Source of the DNA: Isurus oxyrinchus
Lineage: Eukaryota
Direction of reading: 5' to 3'
DNA length: 64,000 nucleotides
NCBI GenBank assembly: GCA_026770705.1
Contig: JANJGN010000009.1
Span: 129,828,001-129,892,000 of the forward strand
Position numbers and translations under genes: made by a program. Shown one piece after another: positions 37,561-49,850 of this stretch; within the stretch, counting starts at the first letter, position 1; each line of letters begins with the position of its first letter. Under the pieces are notes generated by a model. That model did no database searches. It saw nothing but the letters and a program-made list of their open reading frames with translations, and was not told where the DNA came from.

Positions 37561-38832
37561 GGGTCCAGTTTCATCTTCTGCCTGAAATGGGCACGAAGTT
37601 CCAGAGTCGCCCTTCCAGAGACAATGTCAAATGGCCTGAACCATTTTTAAGTTCAGATATTATTTGACTCTAGCAGAAGAGTTGGAGGCTTGGAATGGAT
37701 GCCGCACTGCAGCTTGTTGGGATCCAAGAAGGCAGGGAAGTCATCCAGCTTCTACATAAAGCCAGCGGGCATGTTAGGTTAAGGGTGGAGACGGAAATCC
37801 CACAGAATGGTAAGTACAGCTGGCAATGGGCCACAGTTCTTTTTCCAAAGACCAGAGAAATACTTCTGCTCCTCTCAGCCCCATTAATTTAAGAGAAAAT
37901 TAAAGGGTTGGGGCCCTGGAGTCTTCAAGTCTCACTCCAGAGGCTGGAGCACAAAATCCAGACTGACACTCCAAGGCAGTAGAGGGAGTGCTGCACTGTT
38001 ATAGGTGCCATCTTTTAGAAGTCAGCCTCTCAAGTATATTTAAAAGATCCTATGGCAGCATTGTGAAGAAAAGCAGGAGAGTTATCTCTGATGTCCAAGC
38101 CAATATTTATCCGTCGACACCATCTGGTCATTTTCACTTTGCCTTTTGCAGGAGCCTACTGTGTACAAATTGGCATCTGTCTTTCCTACATTACAACAGT
38201 TACCACAATTTAAAATATACTTCAGTGGCAGTAAAATGTTTTGGGATGTGCAGAGGTCATAAAAGGCACAATGCAAATGCAATTCTTTCATTCTTTCTTT
38301 TGTGCAGTAGCCTTTAATACCACTTGGTTGGCCATTTACTGCTGACTAAATGGTTGGAGATTGTGCTCTGTGTGTTCCATCCTTTTATACAACAAAAGGC
38401 AACCCAGGACCCTGCACTGTAATAGGGCACTAATTAAGAGATTTTCTCCTCTCAGCCTACATTGTCTAGCCCCGTGCTGCTCCCAACTTTCCTCCCTGGC
38501 CTTCAGTGCTAGCTGATCACCGGAAATTTAAGTAATTTTTGGCTCTGTTTCAGCATTGACTCTGACAAGGCACCTGCACAGTTACTTAAGTTTGAAAGTC
38601 TGTGTGAGATATTTCTAAAGTTTAAAAAATACATTCCAAACATCTGTATTTTGTACTCAAGGTCAATGTTTTGGGAGTCCGTGGTCAGCTGATCAGCAGT
38701 TGTAAAACCAATGTGAACGATGCCCATAGTCCCATCAGTGTTGTCAATCCTCTCGCTCTCTCCTGCTCCCCTGTGGCTACCTAAGCCTCTGTGTGTCCAT
38801 TCCCCAGCTGCTAAAGAACTGAACTGGAGCCC
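37561..38832. mobile_element. Possible old TIR element (non-autonomous DNA transposon)
   Basis: gggtccagtttcatcttc versus reverse complement of gaactgaactggagccc; no clear TSD. Confidence 0.35.
37920..38300 (+). mobile_element. DeuSINE-type SINE (SacSINE1/AmnSINE1-like)
   Basis: gagggagtgctgcactgt..aggtgcc, aaaagatcc.atggca, gccaatatttatcc and tttcctacattacaacagt recalled from the Deu domain and tail; (ttct)n end. Confidence 0.75.
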
Positions 38833-39269
38833 ATCTTTTTTTTATATAACAACCAGCATTGATCCCAGCTTTTGTCTATTGTAAGTGGGAGTTCTTGAAA
38901 GAACAGGTGCTCCTACTTACAGTATATGGCATCTGGATCAGTGCTATTTGGAGCAGAAACAGCAATGTCCAGCCATTTTCCTACTATGCCTGCTGTTGTC
39001 CTGCATCTTGCCCTTCCCCCACCCCTCCTTGGCTCTGCTTTCCCCATCTTGTATCACCAATGGCTTATTTCTTTCCTCCCATTCACATTCTACAACTGGG
39101 GGCCTGTTCTGCTCCCTTTATACTGGCTGCTGTAATTCCCATTGGTGAGTTCAACTCCCTGACTAGAAGCTATCCCTGGACCCAACCTCTATCTTCACTT
39201 ATGCCACGGTATCAACTACCTCACTTGATGCTCACTACCACCTCAGAATTCGCCAATCCATTCCACACA

Positions 39270-40400
39270 ATGGGAGAAAACTTGGTGAATTTTCAGGCAC
39301 AGGTATTGCAATGCGCAATTCCCTTGTACCTGGCTCCTTTGAGGCAGGCAGCATAAAACCTTCATGCTGCCTCCTCATCTAAATGATTTTCAGCCTGCAG
39401 ACCTGTGTGATCACACTACCAACTGGCTGCATGCTCAATAGGGGGCCCAAGAACCTGTGTGGATAGTGTGATGCATAGCTAGCCTGGACCTCTTAAAGAC
39501 AGACAGATAGTCAGAACCTCTTAAAGGGGAACAACACTCATGTAACAGGAGCTGCTGCAACTGTCTCTGAATGCATGACTGGAAGGAAAAACATAGCAAA
39601 TGGCAAGAGAGATGTAGCCCATGTTTTCAGATACAGCTTTGGAGGCAATAATGATGGAGATCATTATGTTCCCAAAGGGAGCCCTCAAGACACACCCTGT
39701 GAAAAGAATGGAGCAGCTAACCACAAAGATCAATTCCCATAGTCTGAGCGCAAGAGCCTACATACAGTGCCAGTAAAAGTTCAATGACCTCACATGGGTT
39801 GTTATGGTCATTAAATGCAACTTCAAATGATATCTCCTACCCAGCACTCTACCAACATGTCATACTGCTCATTAGCAATCAGGATTCACATCTAGCATCC
39901 ACACACTCCACCTCACTCTTACGTACATTCCAATGCTGCCAGCTTCACACCTACCTCTTCCATATACCTCCAGTGGTTCTGCTATGACAGGCACATTCCC
40001 AAACACATCACAACATACAGACATTTCCCTCTCTCTTGTAGGATAAGGATGAACATAGCCACTGAGAGTAGGAGTGAATCGGCGGGGGACAAGCATACCA
40101 GTATCACTTGAGCCCTCTGAAGGAGATGGTGCTCAGCATCATGGAGCCAACTGTGACTGAAGCCATTATAGCTGGTACTGCTGAAAAAAATTAGGATGAC
40201 GTATGTTACTGAGAGCGCACCTTCACAAATCCTACCTTGTCGCTGTCCTGCTATTTAAGATGAAGTTCAAGCTACGGATAATATTACCATGGACATCTTG
40301 CTTTCCACCCACTACACTTCCCTCATCCCAACCCTCCCATTCTGCATTTATGCTTTCAGATAACAGTCTCCTCTGTGATACAGTCTTGAAGATACATTAC
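39270..40400 (+). mobile_element. Harbinger-type remnant with Myb/SANT-like ORF1 traces
   Basis: PMFSDTALEAIMME and cagtgccagtaaaagttcaatgacctcaca (QC.KKFNDL-like); acceptor ctcttgtag|GATAAG. Confidence 0.6.
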
Positions 40401-40719
40401 CAATGGACATACCGGCTAACAGGAAAGGATTAATGTATTATATTTTATGTAGCATTAGAGAAGTGGTTAAAGTGAATTAAAATTTGGTTCCATAACTGTA
40501 TGTTTTTAAAAGGGTTTTTAAACTTTTGCATCAGGAGTAACAAACATAAGAATTGATGAGATTCATCAGCATGTTTAATGAGAATTGGCTAGTCTCCTTT
40601 GTTGGTGTCGCTGCTTGTACTCAGGAATTAATTAAGATAAAAGGGCAATATTCCTCTGCAGACTAGATGAAGGCACAAATTTATTGTCTGTGACATTTTT
40701 ATGATAGGAGAAAGACAAT

Positions 40720-41394
40720 GGGCCAGATTTTTCTGTAGCAGGGCATCTAATGGCACCTTGTTAGTTATCTTACCCTAACAAGTTTAGGTTTTTAAAGTTT
40801 TTGGATAACGCGTTTCTGGGAGTGTGAGTTGATAACATTGCAGTGAGAGAAACAGTGCATCTGGGACCTAAGTGAACAGGCCAAGGAACTATATATCTCC
40901 TTAACCAATCAGATTGAAGGATTGTGAAAGAAACAGTTCAAAGGACTTAAGAAGTAAGTGTAAATTAAAGTGGATGAATGCAATGTCAATCAAATACAGG
41001 AAGATAAATAAAAAGGGAGAAACAAAGATTGGATTAAGAAATAAAGGAAAAGTTTTAAAAATCTCCAACAACAATTGAAACTTAAAGGGATGAGATACTA
41101 CACATTTATTCTTCAGTGTTAGAGACATTGCTTGGCAGTAATTAATACTTGTCACATAATTAAAAGCATACTTAAACTGGAAATTATAAGCAACTTCGTG
41201 TCATTCAATGCATTTTAATGGTGAGGCAGAAACGATATTCCATTTTCATAAAACTAATGGCAAAGTGGCACAGTATTGGGATATTGACATTTGTCCATGC
41301 ATTTGCTCCTAACCTGAAGTTATTGCACCATTTAGGTATAGTTAACTGTGAGTGCCATTAGTCTCTTTGTTATTTTGAGAGCAAAATCTGATCC
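40720..41394. mobile_element. Non-autonomous TIR element (Harbinger-type ends)
   Basis: gggccagattttt / gcaaaatctgatcc; flanks AAT and AGT. Confidence 0.55.
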
Positions 41395-41424
41395 AGTGTT
41401 GTTCAATTCTAGTTACATTCATTC

Positions 41425-41830
41425 TTTTTTAAATTCTTTCATAGGATGTGGGCATCACTAGCAAGGCTAGCATTTGTTGCCCATCCCCAATTTCCCTTCA
41501 ACTGAGTGGCTTACCAGGCTATATCAGAGGGCAGTGAAAAGTCAACCACATTACTGTGGGTCTGGAGTCACATGTAAGCTAGACTGGGATGGTAGGTTTC
41601 CTTCCCTAATGGACATTAGTGAAGCAGAGATGTTTCTTGCAATAATCCACCTCACCACCTGGCTGCCATGATGACCATTACTGAGACCAGCTTTCTATTC
41701 CAGATTTATTGATTGAATTTAAATTCCCCCAGCTGCACTGGTGGGTTTTGAACCCATGTCCCTAGAGAATTAGCTTGGGCTTCTAGATTAATAGGCCAGT
41801 GATAGTACCACTATGCCACCATCTCCGCTG
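41425..41830 (-). mobile_element. tRNA-derived SINE
   Basis: A-box ggtggcatagtgg, B-box ggttcaaaacc; same body and tail as the 24692 and 33135 copies. Confidence 0.85.
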
Positions 41831-42220
41831 ATTGACAACTATGTTCTTTGTGATGGTCACTTATGTACAAACTGTTGTTTTGTGAAGATCTGCAACTGTT
41901 TCATCCACGAGCCTCACTGTATAAACTATGTGAGAAATATCTTACAGTGAAAGTATCTTGACCTCTTCAACCTTTATGGTTCTCCATGTGTAGCTGCCAT
42001 TAATAATATGCTGCAGAGTTGACAAAGCAAAAGTGAGTAGTTTTGGATATCACTTGCTGCTGCTTGCTTCTGTGACCAGGACAGCTTCATTTCGCTTCAG
42101 CACTGCATTCAGAGCATTTAGAGGCTTCAGTTCAGGACTCGGTGTTGCCTTCCAGGCCCCCAGAGGATCCACATCATATGGGGTCTTCCAGGTTTCAGAC
42201 TGCCTTCCCTTAGCCTGATA

Positions 42221-43440
42221 ATGGCGATTATGGTCTCTGCTGGAAGCACCTCCTCTGAGGAGGAAGAGAGGGCCAGAAGGGGGAGGAGGCTAAGTATCCC
42301 TATTTAGTTTCCAGGGGAGCCACCTGCAGGAGGAAAGGCACAGGCACAAGGGGTGCAGGGCCAACAGGAAGTCCAAGGCGGAAGGGGCTGCAAAAGACAC
42401 CACTATCCTGCTGCCAGGGTTTACAGGTGGCGATGCAGCTACCTCAATATGCCTGAAGTGCAATGCCGAAGGAGGCTCCATCTGTCAAGGGAGACAGTGA
42501 CCTCCATTTGTCAGAGGATCAGCCCTGAGATCTGGTCTGTGTGGATGGACACCCCATGCCAATGGCTCTGAAGGTCACAATGGCCCTAAACTTCTATGCC
42601 TCTGGCTCTTTCCAGGGCTCAATGGGGGACCTGTGACTTCCAATCAGTTGTCCACAGTTGCATCAAACTGGTGACAGTCGATCTGTTCAGGCATGCGTTG
42701 ACTTTCATTCATTACCGTACAGACAAGGCCAGCCAGGCAGAGCGAGCCAGAGGCTTTGCAGCGAGTGTTGGGTTTCCCTGTATTCAGGGTGCAATAGACT
42801 GCACATATGTGGCCATCAAGACGCCAGCAGGTGAACTGGGAGCCTTCATCAATAGGAAGGGCTTCCACTCCATGAACATGCAGATAGTGTGTGATCACAG
42901 GATGCAGATTCTACAAGTCTGTACAAGGTACCCAGGCAGCTCCCACGACACCTACATCCTCAGACACTCCCAGGTGCCGAGGCTCTTCAGTGCTCCAGCC
43001 CAACTGGATGGATGGCTGCTGGGTGACAAGGGCTATCACCTCAAAAGTTGGCTCATGATGCCCTTCCACCACCAAAGTATAGAAGCTGAGCAGCAGTACA
43101 ACAAGAGCCACAGCACCACAAGGGTGGTGGTAGAGAAAACCATCGGTCTTCTCATGGTGTACTTCTGATGCCTGGACCATTCAGGGGGCACACTTTAATG
43201 CCCCCCAGATTGTGTGTCATTGATAGTGGCTGCGTGCTGCACAACCTGGCACTGGCAAAGGGGTACCCAATGGAGGAAGAAGATCTTGACGCAGCTGCAC
43301 AAGCAACAGATGATGAATCCAGTAGTGAGTCTGAGCGTCAGCACGCTCAGGAGAATGCTGAGGGCAAAGAAGCTGACCTGGGGAAGCTCCAGGGAGGCAG
43401 GGACACCCAGGATATTTTGATCCAATGCTCCTTCTGCTAG
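42221..43440 (+). pseudogene. HARBI1-like DDE transposase, disrupted
   Basis: CRRRLHLSRETV, ALNFYASGSFQ, GFPCIQGAIDCTYV, FINRKGFHSMNMQIVCD, YPGSSHDTYIL, WLLGDKGY and TRVVVEKTIGLL; stops and frameshifts present. Confidence 0.92.
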
Positions 43441-43759
43441 ACTACCAAATAAGAACCTCCACCACATGCCAGGACTGCAGGCTCCATATCCAGTCCCTGA
43501 CGGGACCAGTTCCTTGGTCAACAAGATACATTTTATTGCACTGGTACATAGTGTAAGGATTCACATGTCCATCAGAACATCACGGCTTACCCTGCCCCTA
43601 CAGAGCTAATGAAACGTTCAGAGGCCAGTTGCAAAAAAAGTCATTTACTTCTGAGTGACAAACATTGCAGAACGTAACATTGACCAGTTTTTTTAGATCA
43701 CACTATTGAAAAAAACAGAAAAATGGAGGAAACAAATAACACCTGTGGCCATGTTGTGC

Positions 43760-45602
43760 TTAAGGTGCTTTAAGTTTTCGCTTGTGAGTGCAATGTCTAG
43801 GTGCTCCCCCGTCTCTGGCAATGGCATTGGAGACAGCCTGCTCACTCTGCTGTTTTGTTGGTGTTGATGAGCTTGGCAGGCATCCTCTGGCCCATGGAGC
43901 CTGTGCTGGTCCCGCCTGGGAGAGAGTTGTCAGTGCCATGGCTGGCATCTGCCCAGTCACTGCAGCCTCGTCAGATGCCATGGTCACTGGCAAAGGGGCA
44001 GAGGAGCTGCCACCATCATCTGGTGTGCCCTGAGAGGAGCCTGCAGAGATGACAGGCAGCTCCTGCACCAACATCAGGTCGCTTTGCACCTCCCTGCTCA
44101 CCATTGATAGATGGGCACCTAGCTTGGATACTGGGTGCCCAATCCATCTCCCGCACTGACACTGACCACCAGAGGCCATTGCCAGTCTGAGGGCTTGCAG
44201 GTCCCAGGAACCCCTGGAGGAACCTCTCCATGAGAGTCACCACTCTCCCCATGAGAGTCGCCACTCTCTCTATGGAGGAGGCATTGTTCTTGGCCAACAC
44301 AGTTCTAATGTTCCACATGGACTCCTCCACAACAGAGACCATGGCACGCATTCCCTCATGTATCTCTGACAGATCCTCCCGCACACCCTGCTGAACATCC
44401 AGCATCTGCTGCCTCAGGGATGACTCCGGAGGCTGATCATCAGCCATCGGCTGAGCATTGCCCTGGTCTCCAGGAGTCCTCTGACTGCTGATGCCTGGGC
44501 ACTCTCTTCCTCTGTCTGCACCTCAAGTGAGTGTTAAGTGCCCTCACCAATGTGCACCGAGATACTAGACGCCGATCTTATGCCCACCAAGGTGCTGGTA
44601 TCTACGCTGGTGCCTGCATCGCAGAAAGGGTGCGATGCAGGTGCGTGCTCAGCATGCTGACCCTCAGAGGTCAGGGGTGGGCCTTCAGGCTCCTCACAAC
44701 GAGGGGCTGGTGGTGAGCCTAAAAGGTAGAAGAAGGACATGTCATTAGTTTAAGCCAGTTTAAGTGTGCATGCCTGGTACCCTGATGAGACAGGGAGCAT
44801 TATGGTGCCCTCATATCTCCATTATCAATGGACATTCCAGGTTCAAGGCTAACATCAGTATACAGACAACATTGCAATGGTTGGCAAAAAGCCACATTCT
44901 CACCACGGTGCATTGCATTCTTACCTTCCTCTGGCATCTCAACCTCATCGCAGCTGCTTGACTGAGGTGCGTGGTGCATCTCCAGCTCTAGGGCTTCCTG
45001 CTCATATCTACTGAGGATGAGAAAGTGTGAGGGTTCCCCGCTAGCCCAAGATCTCTCTGCATTGTTATGGGATGATTTCTCCTAGGAGGATAGAGGAGCA
45101 TTGATTATTGTACCCTCTACCTGCAGCACCAATGCAACCTGGCCAATTCCACCTGAGGAACACTTCACTGGGCTCAGCTGTTTCATGACCCTGGAGCCGC
45201 AAGGTGCTCAGTCCAAGCAGCCAGGGCTCACCCTCTTGGCCAGATGCTGCCTCATTGACATTTGCCATTCACACTCTAACACCTCCGAGGTCCACAGGGG
45301 GTTGGGCAGCTCTTATCTGTTCTGCAAAGTGACGATGCCAACACAGTAGTCACCCTTCCCAATCGCAGGAGATCGCTAAAGCACTTTTGGCACTGCACCC
45401 ACGGGCGCCTCACCACATCGTGGCTGCTGAGCCTGGATGCCGCCTCCTCCTCGGCCTTGTTGGCGAGGTGTGGGGGCCTCCTTCTCCCATTCATGGGGAT
45501 AGTGTTTGTCTCCTGGCTGCCACCTCCTCCAGGAGGATAGTGAAGCCCTCGTCTGAAAAACGCGGGGCCGCCAGCCCCACCGACCTGCCCTCCCGCCTTC
45601 AT
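43760..45602 (-). pseudogene. Spliced Myb/SANT-like ORF1 of transposon D
   Basis: APRFSDEGFTILLEEVAARRQTL..RRPWVQCQKCFSDLLR; donors gtgact (~45354) and gtaaga (~44924), acceptor cttttag (~44719); coiled-coil SSIERVATLM; basic C-terminus HKRKLK. Confidence 0.8.
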
Positions 45603-46989
45603 GTTACCCACTACGGCATGCGTGCACACAACTTCCACGTCCTTCGGTGACAGCCTTTCAGGGGCTGCTGAGGCCGCATTTGAATTGGCCGCCAGGTTGC
45701 CATTAGCCCTGGTGGGCATTAAGCCCCCAACCGCCTCTTCGCACTCACTGAAAGGCCACATCTCACGCTGGGCGGTCCTTAATTGGCCCACCCGCATAAA
45801 ATCGTGGTGCACCTCCACCGAACCCAGATCCCAAGGATAAAATTCTGCCCCTAATGACCAGTGTACTTTATTGCAATTGGTCCTACAGCATGTTAACCCG
45901 ATCACATTAAATGTAAAGCCATAGGAAAATCAGTCTGCTATTGAAATTACTTCCCAGCAAAGAGTATGTGATAAGAGGTATGAGAGAAATCCCTGGACTG
46001 TAAAAAAGAGCTTTATGTAACTTTATAAAAATTCATTAAAAATCACCAGCCGAATTAACCAGTGTCCTGAGATTATGCAGAAACCCCATACACCCAAGAC
46101 AATCACAAAGAGCACTGAAGAACTAAATTTATTTGAGGGACAATGAAGATTGACTGTGCTACTCTCACATTGACCTGCTGTTGCTAGCTTTTCTCTAGTT
46201 TCAAATTCCATGATTTTATCCGACATGAAACTGGTCCTGGACACATATGCCGATCCATGGCTATTTTATCAATTTTAATAATGTAAGATAGGGTTGATGT
46301 TCAATCTACATGCTGAAACATTGGCTGCATTTACAGAGTGCAATGGAATAGTTTACTTTAAATATAAACTAAACTGCAATCAGAAACAATAAGCTTTTGG
46401 TGCCCTCTTCAGTATTAAATGCAGAAATGCAATTCTGAGATTTGTTTTTGCACTGAAAAACACCGCTAGTGTCTTTAGATCCTTTCGAACACCTAAATAC
46501 CAAATGATTTTCCTATTGCTTAACTGTGAACTGTATTGGACTATTTCATCTCACTTCAGATTTAAACATGTCTGTTCCTTTAGACAAAAAAAATGAAATA
46601 CCAGGGGAAAAAAATCTTCAAGTGCATACACCTGGTAATTTAATCAATCCTGCCTTCACGCTGGATGGGAATTCAACTGAAACTATCAGAGTCTGTAACA
46701 AATCCTCCAACTTAATTTATTTTCGAGTATTAGACTAATACTAGGGGCATCGGAGAGGCCTAATCATTGCTAACCTCAGCGGAGGACTTGTTCATCAATT
46801 CTTTCCGAGCAAGGCTGTAGGGGAGTCATGTTCCCCATTTTACATTTTCCCATTTTACAAATGATGCAGATGTTTATATTCTCTTAGTGAAGAGGAAGTA
46901 GGACAGAACAATGGTTTCGGGCAGTAGTGAAAACAGAAAATAACAAATCAGCTGCCTGTTTTACCTCTTCTGATTTTCATTTCCATTTG

Positions 46990-49850
46990 AAGTCAATTAT
47001 CTATTTCAATGCAAGGAGTATTGTCGGAAAGGCAGATGGGTTTAGGGCGTGGATTGGCATGTGGGATTACGACATTATTGCTATTAGTGAGACTTGGTTG
47101 CAGGAGGGGCAGGACTGGCAGTTCAATATTCCGGGGTTCCGTTGTTTCAGACGTGATAGAGGGGGAGGGATGAAAATGGGAGGAGTGGCATTACTAGTCA
47201 GGGAAAATATCACAGCTGTTTGTAGACAGGACAGCCCGGAGGGCTCATCTAGAGAGGCCTTATGGGTGGAGCTGAGGAATGGGAAAGGTGTGACCACACT
47301 AATAGGGTTGTATTATAGACCGCCCAATAGTCAAAGAGAATTGGAGGAGCAAATCTGTAGAGAGATAGCAGACCGATGTAAGAAACAGAAAGTTGTGATA
47401 GTAGGAGATTTTAACTTTCCACATATTGACTGGGACTCCCATACTGTAAAAGGGCTGGATGGCTTGGAGTTTGTCAAATGTGTTTAGGAAAGTTTTCTAA
47501 ATCAATATATAGAGGTACCAACGAGGGAGAATGCAATACTTGATCTCCTATTAGGGAACCGGACAGGTCAGGTGACAGAAGTATGTGTAGGTGAACATTT
47601 TGGGTCCAGTAACAACAATGTCATTAGTTTTAAGTTAATTATAGATAAGGATAGGTCTGGTCCTCGAGTTGAGATTCTAAATTGGAGAAAGGCCAATTTT
47701 GTGGAAATGAGAAAGGATCTAGGAAGAGTGGACTGGAATAAGTTGTTTTCCAGCAAGGATGTGTTCAGTAAGTGGAAGGCATTCAAAGGCGAAATTTTGA
47801 GATTACAGAGTTTGCATGTTCCTGTCAGGATTAAAGACAAAGTTAACAGGTTTTCAAGGGATATTGGTGATCTGGTTAAGAAGGAGAGGTGTATAGCAGG
47901 TATAGGCAACAAGGAGCAAATGAGCTACTTGTATAGAAAATGTAAGAAAATACTAAAGAAGGAAATCAGGAAGGCAAAAAAAAGACATGAGGTTGCTTTG
48001 GCAGAAAATGTGAACGTAAACCCGAAGGATATCTACAAGTATATTAAGAGTAAAAGGATAGTAAGGGACACAATTGGGCCCCTTGAAGATCAGAGTGGTC
48101 GTCTATGTGTGGAGCCTCACAAGATGAGGGAGATCTTAAACAGTTTTTATGCATCAGTTTTTACTCAGGAAACTGGCATAGTGTATGAGGAAAGAAGGGA
48201 AACAAGCAGTAGTGTCATGGAACATATAGAGATTAAAGAGGAGGAGGTGCTTGCTGCATTACAGCAAATAAAGGTAGATAAATCCCTCAGGCCTGACATG
48301 ATATTCCCTCGGACCTTGAGGGAGACTAGTTTAGAAATTGCAGGGGCCCTGGCAGAAATATTTAAAATGTCCTTAGCCACGGGTGAGGTGCTGGAGGATT
48401 GGAGGGTAACTCATGTTGTTCCGTTGTTTAAAAAAGGCTCCAAAAGTAAACCAGGTAATTACAGGCCAGTGAGCCTGACATCAGTAGTAGGTAAATTATT
48501 GGAAGGTGTTCTGAGAGATTGGAAAAACAATTATTTGGACAGCCAAGGGCTGATTAAGAATAGTCAGCATGGCTTTGTGCGTGGTAGGTCATGTTTAACG
48601 AACCTTGTAGAGTTTTTGAGGAGGTTACTAAGAAAGTAGATGAAGGAAAGGCTGTGGATGTTGTCTACATGGACTTTAGTAAGGCCTTTGACAAGGTCCC
48701 ACATGGGAGTTTAGTTCAGAAGGTTCAAACACTTGGTATCCATGGAGAGGTTGTAAACTGGATTTGAAATTGGCTGTGTGGGAGAAGACAGGGAGTGGTA
48801 GTGAATGATTGCTTCTTAGACTGGTGGTCTGTGACTAGAGGTGTGCCTCAGGGATCTGTGCTGGGACCATTGTTGTTTGTTGTCTATATCAATGATCTGG
48901 ATGATAATGTGGTAAATTGAATCAGCAAGATTGCTGATGACACTAAGATTGGAGGCGTTGTGGACAGCGAGGAAGGCTTTCAAAGCTTGCAGAGGGATCT
49001 GGACCAACTGGAAAAATGGGCCAGAAAATGGCAGAAGGAATTTAATGCAAAAAAGTGTGAGGTGTTGCATTTTGGAAGGACAAACCAAGGTAGGACATAC
49101 ACAGTAAATGGTAGGGCACTGAGGAGTGCGGAGGTACAAAGGGATCTGGGAGTTCAGATACATAATTCCCTGAAAGTGGCATCACAGGTAGACATGGTTG
49201 TAAAGAAAGCTTTTGGCATACTGGCCTTCATAAATCAAAGTATTGAGTATAGGAGTTGGGATAGTATGGTGAGGTTGTATAAGACATTGGTGAGGCCAAC
49301 TTTGGTGTATTGTGTGCAGTTCTGGTCGCCTAACTACAGGAAGGATATCAGTAAGATTGAAGGAGTGCAGAGAAGATTTACTAGGATGTTGCCGGGTCTT
49401 CAGGAGTTGAGTTACAGGGAAAGATTTAACAGGTTAGGACTCTATTCCTTGAAGCGTAGAAAAATGAGGGGAGATTTGATTGAAGTTTACAAAACTATGA
49501 GTGGTATAGACAGAGTAAATGTGAGTAGGCTCTTTCCACTTAGATTAGGAGAGATAAACACGAGAGGACATAGCTTTAGGGTGAAAGGGGAAAGGTTTAG
49601 GGGGAACATTAGGAGGAACTTCTTCATTCAGAGAATGGTGAGAGTGTGGAATGAGCTGCCATCTGACGTGGTAAATGCGAGCTCACTCTTAAGTTTTAAG
49701 AATAAATTGGATAGATACATGGATGGGAGAGGTCTGGAGGGTTATGGACTGGGTGCAGGTCAATGGGACTAGCGGAGTAATATTTCGGCACAGACTAGAA
49801 GGACCGAATGGCCTGTTTTTCTGTGCTGTAGTGTTCTATGGTCCTATGGC
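46990..49850 (+). mobile_element. CR1 LINE, near-complete ORF2 (APE + RT), least decayed element in the window
   Basis: YFNARSI, IIAISETWL, GLYYRPP, VGDFNFP, NYRPVSLTS, MDFSKAFDKV, GVPQGSVLGP and IADDTK; several stops and a frameshift; (ttctatgg)-type tail. Confidence 0.95.

Larger units (their letters stand above)
42010..45851. mobile_element. Harbinger transposon D; convergent transposase (+) and ORF1 (-)
   Basis: Right TIR aaaattctgcccc followed by TAA; left end not found. Confidence 0.9.

Noticed and set aside
41740-41830. tRNA gene (also 33390-33472)
   Set aside because: The A/B boxes are SINE heads that run into SINE bodies and LINE tails.
42596-43168. Domesticated HARBI1 gene
   Set aside because: Frameshifts and stops are present, and it sits beside ORF1 and a TIR, so it is a dead transposon copy.
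46990-49772. Active CR1 element
   Set aside because: In-frame stops (for example 47485), a frameshift near 48620, and no ORF1 or 5' UTR.
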